A stretch of 24,000 nt of DNA from Megasphaera paucivorans (GCF_900103535.1 NZ_FNHQ01000001.1:147268-171267), one strand, 5' to 3'. Counted from the stretch's first letter, positions 16,285-24,000 are shown. The notes: generated by a model not told the origin, from the letters alone. Translations and numbers: made by a program.

Positions 16285-16438
16285 AAAACTCAGAATCTGG
16301 CAGTTTACGCTATAGGGGTTCAAGTTTCTTCACTTGCACCAGACTATACATCAGCTATATTTGTAGATAGTTTTATTATGCCTGACTCCACAATATCTGA
16401 CAGTCTTTGCCCCCGTCTCATAATCGTATGTTAGAAAC

Positions 16439-16465
16439 GCTCCTCGATATTGAAGAGCTTTTTTT
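16439..16465 (+). terminator. Terminator-like hairpin with a T run
   Basis: GCTCCTCG-atat-TGAAGAGC (7 of 8 pairs, including one G-T) followed by TTTTTTT. Nothing credible lies upstream except a 60-aa ORF with no RBS. Confidence 0.4.
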
Positions 16466-16517
16466 ATATACATCAATTTATTTACTAATCGCATCACAAT
16501 ATTATTTTTTTCATTGT

Positions 16518-16546
16518 TTGACTCAATTTGTTTCCAGTGCTACTAT
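16518..16546 (+). promoter_or_regulatory. Sigma-A-type promoter of the racemase gene
   Basis: TTGACT (16518-16523), a 17-nt spacer and TACTAT (16541-16546), 40 nt upstream of the ATG. Confidence 0.55.
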
Positions 16547-16585
16547 ACAAGAAAAATTATAAAATATAGTGAGGACTGATCCAAA

Positions 16586-17281
16586 ATGAAAACAATTGGA
16601 CTTCTTGGTGGTATGAGTTGGGAAAGCACAGTTACGTATTATCAACTTATTAACGAATCAATTAATCAGAAATACGGTGGATCACACTCTGCTAAAATAT
16701 TACTTTACAGTGTTGATTTTCAAGAAATTGAAACCTGTCAAACAACGGGAAATTGGCAACGTATTATCACAATATTAACAGATGCTATCCATTCACTTGA
16801 AAAAGGTGGCGCAGATTTCATCGCAATTTGTTCTAATACTATTCATAAAGTCGTTCCCGAACTTCAATCCTCTACTAAATTACCTATTTTACATATTGTA
16901 GATGCTACAATAGAACAGTTAAAAAAACAGCATATACAATATGCAGCATTACTTGGTACAAAATATACTATGCAACAAGATTTTTACAAAAATAAATTGA
17001 AAAAATCCGGCATACAAGTTTTTCTACCATCAGAAACAGATATGTTGATCGTAAATCAAATAATTTTTGAAGAACTTTGTCATGGAAAAATTTTACCTTC
17101 TTCAAAAAAAGAATACCTTCGCATCATAAGGACTCTCACTAATCAAGGTGCAACAGGAGTTATCCTTGGTTGCACTGAAATTGGTCATCTAATTCATCAA
17201 GAAGATATTTCATTTCCCGTATTTGACACTACTAAAATTCATGTTGAAGCAATAGTACAATATGCACTTAATGATAAATAA
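16586..17281 (+). CDS. ygeA: Aspartate/glutamate racemase-family protein (YgeA-like broad-specificity amino-acid racemase)
   Basis: 231 aa. MKTIGLLGGMSWESTVTYYQLINE..., ICSNTIH and GCTEIG (the two catalytic Cys motifs) are nearly collinear with E. coli YgeA as I remember it. Confidence 0.88.
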   Translation: MKTIGLLGGMSWESTVTYYQLINESINQKYGGSHSAKILLYSVDFQEIETCQTTGNWQRIITILTDAIHSLEKGGADFIAICSNTIHKVVPELQSSTKLPILHIVDATIEQLKKQHIQYAALLGTKYTMQQDFYKNKLKKSGIQVFLPSETDMLIVNQIIFEELCHGKILPSSKKEYLRIIRTLTNQGATGVILGCTEIGHLIHQEDISFPVFDTTKIHVEAIVQYALNDK

Positions 17282-17428
17282 TTATAAAATTTCACGTATT
17301 TGCTTATATATTTTTCCTAAACCACAAATTAAAGAATCCCACCCTTGAATTTATGGTTATTCCTGATATTTATCTTATACATACCCACCTCTGCTAATCC
17401 GAATTAGTTGATAGCACTTTTAAACAGC

Positions 17429-17463
17429 AAAAAGCCCCGTACTATTAAGATACGGAGCTTTTT
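17429..17463. terminator. Bidirectional terminator shared by the racemase gene and the giant ORF
   Basis: AAAAAGCCCCGTA-ctattaaga-TACGGAGCTTTTT (8 of 9 stem pairs) with an A run on one side and a T run on the other. It lies 10 nt from the giant ORF stop. Confidence 0.75.
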
Positions 17464-17470
17464 GACATAG

Positions 17471-17512
17471 TATTTACTGCTGATAAATACCACGACTTCT
17501 TGCATGTCTAAT
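17471..17512 (-). repeat. Right (functional) copy of the 42-bp direct repeat, equal to the 3' end of the giant ORF
   Basis: tatttactgctgataaataccacgacttcttgcatgtctaat encodes ...IRHARSRGIYQQ plus the stop on the minus strand. Confidence 0.8.
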
Positions 17513-20500
17513 CTTTTGTTGTAATACTCGATCTAAAACTGGACGTTCTGTTTCATCGGCAATTGGTAATAATCCTTGTAAGTCTTGCATACTCAGAGCA
17601 TCGGCACTTCGTTCTAATGGTGTTAGTCGCCCTTTACGCAATAACGTCTTATACTCTGCCCTGTTAATATCGCCGTTCCTATACGCATCAGCAAGGCTGC
17701 TTGTTGGTTTACCACCATTTTCTTGCATATCACGCAAAATAGAACGTTTGAGATCTGACTTATCAGATTGAGCTTGTGTCTTAGCACCTGCGGGCATTCG
17801 TGCTTCCACCAATTCAGACATTCGGCGTTCGAGCGGCGATTTATTCACATCAGATGGTGCAGGCGTAACACCAACAAAAGGTAATGCCTTACTTAAGAAA
17901 TCACCGCCTAAATCAGCTTGCCGTTTACCACCTTGTAAAGAATACGGAACGAACTGTGACAGCACGTATTTACCCATTTCTCCGATCTTATCAAGCATGT
18001 TATCATCTTCATTATAAATTTTTGTGCCGTAAAAATCTTTATTCTCAAGCATACTTGCAATCATCGACAACATCGGATGCAGCTTATTGACAAGGGTACG
18101 CCCCGGATGATCGTAATAAGCATACAAATCCTTCATATAAGACGGCAGTTCGACTCTCTGCGTTTTCCCATTCTGATCAAGCATCCCTGTCTGCGGATAA
18201 TACAAATCCTTAATGGATTGTGGGGTTTGACCAGTATAAAGATACTGTGTAACGGCACCTACTAAACCTACCGTAATAGGAAGTGCCAACGCATACGACA
18301 TTTTATATGTCATTTCCGGGTGTCTACCATGAAGCAGATTGTTCATCTGTTCAACAGTGTCAACACCTGCACCCCCCAATTCACGGAAGGTACCTAAGTT
18401 CCAGCCAACAGACCGGACGCTTGCCATCGTTAAGTCTTTCAAAGTTTTATTCCAAAACAGATTGACATAGGCCAATTGTCCCATTCTATTATCAACACTA
18501 TTCCAAATTTTTCCACCAATTTGCCGCATTTCGTCACGCGTCATATTAGGTTTTCTTGTCATTTCATATCGCATTGCATCAGCCCATACCCCCAATTTTT
18601 GACGAGGTACAATATATTCCATAATAGGTTTTGTTGCTTTATCCATAATGGCAAATGGGATACGCCATACTCCGCCTAAATAGTTCTTAGCATTAAATGC
18701 ATCGCTCATCTTATCCCACATACCAGTTCTGTAGAATTTATCCATCTGGACACGACCACCGGAAGCAACCAATGCATCTGCAAGTTTGGCAACTTCTGCT
18801 CCCTGCGTACCCGGTGTATACCATTCCTTCAAAACCTTATTGCCACGCAAAGCATTTTCAACCGGCGCAATGGGGGCATGAAAGAAATCTTTTAATCCTG
18901 AACCAATATCACCATGAGAAACTTTCAAAAATCCTAACGCCACTTTAGATACAGTAGCATCCATGGAAGTAAAACCTAGATGGAATGCGGAAAGTCCTAA
19001 TTGGAACTGATTTAAAATATTAGCTGCTCCCAGATACGATCTATACAAACCCGACATGGGACGGCCATGCGTCCGTAATCCCGGTGATAAGTAGTTGTTA
19101 ATCAATCGTGCTGCTTCCTTTGGCATATAATAATATCCTCTGATGTGTAATCCGCCAATAGGTTTACCGGTTACATCAACCGGTGCACCATATACTGTTG
19201 CAATACGATCATCAATCCTTTCCCAGTTATACGGAATATCTTTAGAGGTAGCTTTAATATATTTGGTAAGTCCACGGGCTTTTGCCTCATTTATAACATT
19301 GTGGGCCATAATATATTTATCCATTTCACGCATTTTAAGCATGGCAATATCCACGGGATTATCACTAACTGGTTTTAGTCCTGATTCTATACCCTGCTTA
19401 GTAGTTGGAATAGAACGTTTCTTCAGAAATGATTTACCACCTTCAAATGGCCGTCTTCCCGCCCACGCTGCAAACAAGTTCCCTGCATGATTAGGATCTT
19501 CCCACATATGCGGAAAGTAATTTACAATAAAATCTTGCAGTTTGCCGGTTCCTAATTGTTGTATAGCTACACGCCGTTCATCCAACATCTTTCTCAACGT
19601 ATAAGCAAATTTCTGCAATTCTGGCGTAGATTGACCTCTGCCGGTTTCAATACGGTTTACAAAATCAAGATTGTCTACTGATGATTGTTTGGAAAAATAA
19701 CTCCGCGCAGTATGGAGTGCATTTTCAGCACGATCAGCTTTCTGTGCCATCTCAGATAAATTTTCACGCATGATATTGGCCATAGTTTTTGCGTTTTCAC
19801 CCGCTGTCGCAGGAGCTAATGTATCTTTGATATCTTTTATGCCATCTGAAATAGTATCTTTAACCGATTGTACAGCTGGCTTTATATCTTGTTCGTTAAG
19901 ATTTTTTAATGGATTATTGGAATCATTAACAGGCACACTTGTTCTCTGTTTAAATGCAGTCATGCCATTGTTTTGCTGCTGATACTGATCTATTAATGAT
20001 TTTACATTATCAATTTTTGACTTTAAAGCCGGATCATTATCTAGACTCTTTTCAAACGCTTTATAATAATTTGGGAATTCTTCTTTTACAAGATCCGGAT
20101 CTGTAAAATACTTCGAGCCAAAAATAGATACCCCTTCACGCCGTGCCTCTAATGGAGTTAAATTTTGCCCTTTTAGTTGGTTAAGTGCTGTATGAATCAA
20201 TTCTGCATTACTCCGCAATTTTAATTTATCATCCACATATTGAGCTACTAACCGGCCATATTTAGACAAGTCAAAACCATTTTTTATTTTACCGGCAGGA
20301 GTAATCGCATTCACGGCCTTTGTGATGTCATCCGGTGTTACGGATTTATCATTAGTTGATTGACCATTATTTTCTCTGATGGAATACTGTCCTGCATTTT
20401 CATTTCTCATATTGACAAGATCTCGTTCGGTTAGTATACTCTGATTAGATAAAGCACTAGATAGTGCAGGACCCACAAGGGTATCTCCTTTGATGGCCCG

Positions 20501-23500
20501 CACCCAATCTAGTGCTTTTGTCTTGTTCGCATATATCAGTTTCCCTGCTTTTAAATTGGCTGCAAACCAATTATAGTTTGGTGTAGACGATCCCTGCTTT
20601 GTACGAGCGTATGCAGTATTAAGCACATTAATAGCATGATGAGCATTATCGTTTTTTTCTAATTGAACAGGAACAACGACACTGGCACCTTGATCAGTTT
20701 TTAACTCCAATGCCAATACAAATTTATTAACATCAGCTGTTTTAAAAACCATAACAGGATCTGCAATTGCTTTCGGTAACTGTCTTATAATATCAGTTGT
20801 CATTCCGTAGTGCTTTGGCTGTAAAACATGTTCAAAAAAGCTTCCATATACGGACAATTCCTTGTCATTTTTGCTAATCATTTGTAAAACCAATGGCATA
20901 TCCATAACTCTATAAAGACGACCATTGTTATTCTCTTTCCATACTTGTTTATCAGCTTTGTCATATGCATCAACAACATTATTCCATTTTGCTATATCTT
21001 GATTCAAGTGTTGTTCCTGTACATCCCGTGTTTTAATATCAAGGTGATCCTGATTAATTGATTTTTGTTCTCCTAAGATACGTACATCATAATTCAATGT
21101 TCCGTCCGTATTAACATATGGTTTCCCTTCACGATCATTGACACCTCGTAATAATTCTGCTACACTGACAGTGTTTAAAGGAGATATCTTCCCACCTTGC
21201 ATACCCATTTGCGGCATGCTTGGGGAGACATCTCCTTTTTGTTGTATCATATCGTAAAACTTAGCATCTCTTATGGTAAATTGATTTGCGTTTTTATCTC
21301 CTTCCTTGGCTACAATTCTAAATCTTACTAATTTGTTGCCATCCTTAACAACGGAGAAAAGTTCAATATAAGGTTTACCACTAGAGTGTCTATCATCTAT
21401 ATGCTTCTCAACATATATTGTATTATTTAAAATATTTTTAATAACTGATAAGGCTTTTCCTCTTGTAGCCAACCCTTGTCTTGACAGATTTGACGAATTA
21501 ATTAAATGCCTGCCATCCGAAACAGAGGCTACCCTTCCCGTACCTTCACTACCAATAATAGTAAATGTTTTTCCAATTAAACTTTTAGCTATTGCCACTT
21601 TTTCTTGATTATTTTTTACATTCACTTTTGGCTGATCTGTTACATCTATAACAGGCACACGTGTATCACCTGTAATATTTTTATTCGTTACAGAGTAATC
21701 CTCATCTTTTATATAGTCTGCCTGCTCACCTTCGCTTTTCCACACTTCATTAGTTTTAATCTTCCGCATCACATTATGAACATTTTCCGTCCCTGTTAAA
21801 ACAACTTTTATTTTGTTTGCGAAGTCAATTAATTTATGATATAACTTACCAAATATACCCTGTGGTTTAGCCATACCGGCATACTTGGAAAATGCATCTG
21901 CCATTACTTCATTAACATTTACGCCTTGTTTTTTTGCAATAGGATCGTAATGATTCAGCATGGCATCTTTTTCACGCCGTGTTAAAGCCATATCCCATGC
22001 CGCATGAAAAGCTTCATGATAAACTGTTCCTTCTCGGCTGCTCTGTGACAATTCCATTAATCCAGAGAGATGATCGAGAGATGTTTCGCGCCACGCCCCT
22101 TCAAGGCTGATGGTTGATTTAGGAGAAACACCATGCGCCAATTTTGCGTTTTCTATTTCTTTGCCGTTCCGTATAATTTGATTTTTAATATCGACTACAA
22201 TTCGTTTACCGTTAGGCATATCAACATTTATCAAATTCCCGTCTTGTGAAAATTCACCGGCAGGAAAAGCTCTTTTAACTTCTGCTGCAACATCATCATA
22301 CGCACGTTTAACTTCCGGATGATTTGTTGGAATCATATGATTCTGTCCGGCAACCTGGTATAAGGTAATACCTTTATCTGTTTTTTCTTGTTCAACAGTA
22401 TCAAAAAAGGCATCAAATGCTTTCCGAATTTCAGGCATTTCTTTTGGCTGTACATAAGGATACCCTTTTTCTCTGTCGCCTTTTACATTTGCTTCCCATG
22501 CCGACGCTGGGACGATATTAGCAAGGTAATCATCTGATTCGCCACGTTCTTTTAACTTATCTACAATATAACTTTCAAAGGCACGAGCATATAATTCTTC
22601 CGGTTTACTCCAATATGGTTTTGAACGGTATTGATCCAATGCTTCTGCCCGTTTCACCATACCTGAATTATAAATAGCTTTGCGAATATCACCCCACTTC
22701 TTTACTATTTCAGGGCGTATTCCTTCAGGCGAATAATATTTGCTGCCTTGTGCTGCTAACCGTACATCAGATGCTGTTGATAAAAATTCATCTTTTTTAC
22801 GTTTTGTTCCAAAGAAGTAATCTAAAGCATGTAACCATTCATGTGCTAAACTTCCTGCACCTTCATTCTTTGTAAGATTGATAACATTATGTAACGGTTC
22901 ATAATGTGCCGCTGCCGGGTGCTTGCCGCCAATACCACGGGCACCAAAGGCAAGTCCTAATTGTCCGTTTAATGACAGCGCTTCTGGATCGACATCAATA
23001 ATATTAGCCATATCACGTAGTGAATCATACGCATTATTTAAGTCCGACTGGCGACGTTTGCCTTCCACCCAATTACCAAATTCAACACCTCTGAATCCAA
23101 ATGCCTTACCGAAAATTTCCGGAGTAACATCTTTGCCCTTTCGATAGTTGGTACCAACACGCTGTTCATTTGCCTCTCTGCGTTCATTTGGCACATACTT
23201 CATCTGCTTCAGCTGTTCTTCTAATTCTGTTGCATGATTGTCACGATAATTAACTGCATCTTTAACGTTCTTGAATCCATCTTTCATCAAAACAACTCGG
23301 TTACCAATTTTTTTACAAATTTCATATTCCTTGGTACCACGGTTTATATAAATTCCAAATGACTGCTTTGTTGTATTATCGGCATTATCTCCCATAATAC
23401 TATCATATTGTTTTTTAAATTTATCAATTACCTGTTGTTCGGTATCACCATCAACAACGGTTTTATGAAAGTGCACCTGCCCTTTTTGTGCTTTTACTAT

Positions 23501-24000
23501 CTCCCATATATGTTTAGGAGGATTATATTCTTTGCCGTCATACATACTATATGTACCTTCTGACAATGTATATTCTTTTAAAGAATGCGCATGCCCGACT
23601 GCTTCATATAATTTGGCATTAGAAACGACATCACGAATACCTTTATGTCCGCTTGAATACAACCTTTTTTCTATTTCATCTCCTTTACCATCCAATATCA
23701 TTTGTGCCATTTTCTTTACAGCATCAACGCCTTGAGCCCAGTATTTTATATCTCTCCGAGGTTTATTGCTAATAGAATCCCGCAATGCATGAACAAGAGC
23801 TATGGCATGTTTATCTGCCCCCGCCTTTATTAATGCATCATATTTTGGTTCTGGAAATGACTTCGATAATGGTTTGGTTTGAGTATCAATCTTATCACTG
23901 TCATCCAATTCTTTTTTATAAGAAGTATATATATCTTTCCGTGCGCCGCCTATTTTTTCGCCAAAATCTTCAATTTTAGTAGTTTTGGATTGTTCATTCT
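17474..24000 (-). CDS. Giant multi-domain protein, at least 2,174 codons in the window with the N-terminus outside it; polyvalent-protein-like, with two HExxH zincin motifs, tandem MuF-C/PBECR-like domains and a hydrophobic C-terminal module
   Basis: A single uninterrupted minus-strand frame. The ORF track starts at the TTG at 23908, but my translation of 23909-23998 in the same frame has no stop (NEQSKTTKIEDFGEKIGGARKDIYTSYKKE-LDDSDK...). Motifs include HEWLH (22829-22843), HEAFH (22004-22018) and the hydrophobic helix SYALALPITVGLVGAVTQYLYT (18233-18298). A terminator follows directly after the stop. Confidence 0.85.
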   Translation of the reverse strand, partial: NEQSKTTKIEDFGEKIGGARKDIYTSYKKELDDSDKIDTQTKPLSKSFPEPKYDALIKAGADKHAIALVHALRDSISNKPRRDIKYWAQGVDAVKKMAQMILDGKGDEIEKRLYSSGHKGIRDVVSNAKLYEAVGHAHSLKEYTLSEGTYSMYDGKEYNPPKHIWEIVKAQKGQVHFHKTVVDGDTEQQVIDKFKKQYDSIMGDNADNTTKQSFGIYINRGTKEYEICKKIGNRVVLMKDGFKNVKDAVNYRDNHATELEEQLKQMKYVPNERREANEQRVGTNYRKGKDVTPEIFGKAFGFRGVEFGNWVEGKRRQSDLNNAYDSLRDMANIIDVDPEALSLNGQLGLAFGARGIGGKHPAAAHYEPLHNVINLTKNEGAGSLAHEWLHALDYFFGTKRKKDEFLSTASDVRLAAQGSKYYSPEGIRPEIVKKWGDIRKAIYNSGMVKRAEALDQYRSKPYWSKPEELYARAFESYIVDKLKERGESDDYLANIVPASAWEANVKGDREKGYPYVQPKEMPEIRKAFDAFFDTVEQEKTDKGITLYQVAGQNHMIPTNHPEVKRAYDDVAAEVKRAFPAGEFSQDGNLINVDMPNGKRIVVDIKNQIIRNGKEIENAKLAHGVSPKSTISLEGAWRETSLDHLSGLMELSQSSREGTVYHEAFHAAWDMALTRREKDAMLNHYDPIAKKQGVNVNEVMADAFSKYAGMAKPQGIFGKLYHKLIDFANKIKVVLTGTENVHNVMRKIKTNEVWKSEGEQADYIKDEDYSVTNKNITGDTRVPVIDVTDQPKVNVKNNQEKVAIAKSLIGKTFTIIGSEGTGRVASVSDGRHLINSSNLSRQGLATRGKALSVIKNILNNTIYVEKHIDDRHSSGKPYIELFSVVKDGNKLVRFRIVAKEGDKNANQFTIRDAKFYDMIQQKGDVSPSMPQMGMQGGKISPLNTVSVAELLRGVNDREGKPYVNTDGTLNYDVRILGEQKSINQDHLDIKTRDVQEQHLNQDIAKWNNVVDAYDKADKQVWKENNNGRLYRVMDMPLVLQMISKNDKELSVYGSFFEHVLQPKHYGMTTDIIRQLPKAIADPVMVFKTADVNKFVLALELKTDQGASVVVPVQLEKNDNAHHAINVLNTAYARTKQGSSTPNYNWFAANLKAGKLIYANKTKALDWVRAIKGDTLVGPALSSALSNQSILTERDLVNMRNENAGQYSIRENNGQSTNDKSVTPDDITKAVNAITPAGKIKNGFDLSKYGRLVAQYVDDKLKLRSNAELIHTALNQLKGQNLTPLEARREGVSIFGSKYFTDPDLVKEEFPNYYKAFEKSLDNDPALKSKIDNVKSLIDQYQQQNNGMTAFKQRTSVPVNDSNNPLKNLNEQDIKPAVQSVKDTISDGIKDIKDTLAPATAGENAKTMANIMRENLSEMAQKADRAENALHTARSYFSKQSSVDNLDFVNRIETGRGQSTPELQKFAYTLRKMLDERRVAIQQLGTGKLQDFIVNYFPHMWEDPNHAGNLFAAWAGRRPFEGGKSFLKKRSIPTTKQGIESGLKPVSDNPVDIAMLKMREMDKYIMAHNVINEAKARGLTKYIKATSKDIPYNWERIDDRIATVYGAPVDVTGKPIGGLHIRGYYYMPKEAARLINNYLSPGLRTHGRPMSGLYRSYLGAANILNQFQLGLSAFHLGFTSMDATVSKVALGFLKVSHGDIGSGLKDFFHAPIAPVENALRGNKVLKEWYTPGTQGAEVAKLADALVASGGRVQMDKFYRTGMWDKMSDAFNAKNYLGGVWRIPFAIMDKATKPIMEYIVPRQKLGVWADAMRYEMTRKPNMTRDEMRQIGGKIWNSVDNRMGQLAYVNLFWNKTLKDLTMASVRSVGWNLGTFRELGGAGVDTVEQMNNLLHGRHPEMTYKMSYALALPITVGLVGAVTQYLYTGQTPQSIKDLYYPQTGMLDQNGKTQRVELPSYMKDLYAYYDHPGRTLVNKLHPMLSMIASMLENKDFYGTKIYNEDDNMLDKIGEMGKYVLSQFVPYSLQGGKRQADLGGDFLSKALPFVGVTPAPSDVNKSPLERRMSELVEARMPAGAKTQAQSDKSDLKRSILRDMQENGGKPTSSLADAYRNGDINRAEYKTLLRKGRLTPLERSADALSMQDLQGLLPIADETERPVLDRVLQQKIRHARSRGIYQQ

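Noticed and set aside
16252-16434. 60-aa plus-strand ORF (TTG start) ending just before the 16439 hairpin
   Set aside because: It has no RBS at either the TTG or the internal ATG at 16276. It begins inside the relic of the giant-gene 3' end, and its sequence is not protein-like. I kept only the hairpin, as a low-confidence terminator.
16285-16438. Attempt to extend the relic homology beyond the 42-bp repeat into a longer pseudogene of the giant ORF
   Set aside because: By eye I found no convincing similarity past the repeat, at either DNA or protein level. The minus strand there is broken by stops. Only the 42-bp repeat, plus about 12 weaker nt, is supported.
19143-19490. 115-aa plus-strand ORF, and other 60-83-aa plus-strand ORFs inside the giant gene
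   Set aside because: They are antisense to a continuous 6.5-kb frame and show no start context, so I treat them as shadow ORFs.
16100-24000. Calling the region a defined prophage, ICE or genomic island as an annotated feature
   Set aside because: The window contains no integrase, no att repeat of the tRNA 3' end and no structural or transfer genes. The GC drop is only suggestive, because htpG is similarly AT-rich. I kept it as a hypothesis in the findings.
1-24000. Search for CRISPR arrays, IS elements or transposases, rRNA genes and known defence operons
   Set aside because: I saw no regularly spaced repeats, no transposase-like or integrase-like ORFs, no rRNA-like sequence and no recognisable RM, Abi or CBASS-type gene sets.

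Overview
The window looks like a Bacillota-type chromosome. The gene order, a CIRCE operator and a Cheo-type SOS box point to a Clostridia- or Negativicutes-like organism, but I cannot fix the taxon from sequence alone.

Positions 1-15,900 are compact housekeeping DNA, almost all on the minus strand. They hold the 5' part of uvrB with a candidate LexA box, htpG behind a perfect CIRCE operator, and an orphan HigA-like HTH gene inside a 1.3-kb gene-poor gap. Next come yebC and the conserved ylxM-ffh-rpsP-KH-ylqD-rimM-trmD cluster, which here continues into a TM1570-like SPOUT methyltransferase instead of rplS. After that are a LysR regulator, a ZTP (pfl-motif) riboswitch driving a stand-alone AICAR transformylase, and a tightly coupled pepA-PHP-(P-loop/Asp23 fusion)-MBL operon.

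A tRNA-Lys(CUU) at 15993-16068 marks a transition. To its right lie a decayed 42-bp relic, a very AT-rich YgeA-like racemase cassette, and a giant minus-strand ORF. This ORF has at least 2,174 codons and is still open at the right window edge. It carries two HExxH zincin-type motifs, two tandem MuF-C/PBECR-like domains and a hydrophobic C-terminal module. That architecture matches the 'polyvalent' proteins of phages and conjugative elements. The giant ORF and its junction with the tRNA are the most interesting part of the window.

I see no integrase, transposase, CRISPR array or recognisable defence operon, so any mobile-element call remains an inference.
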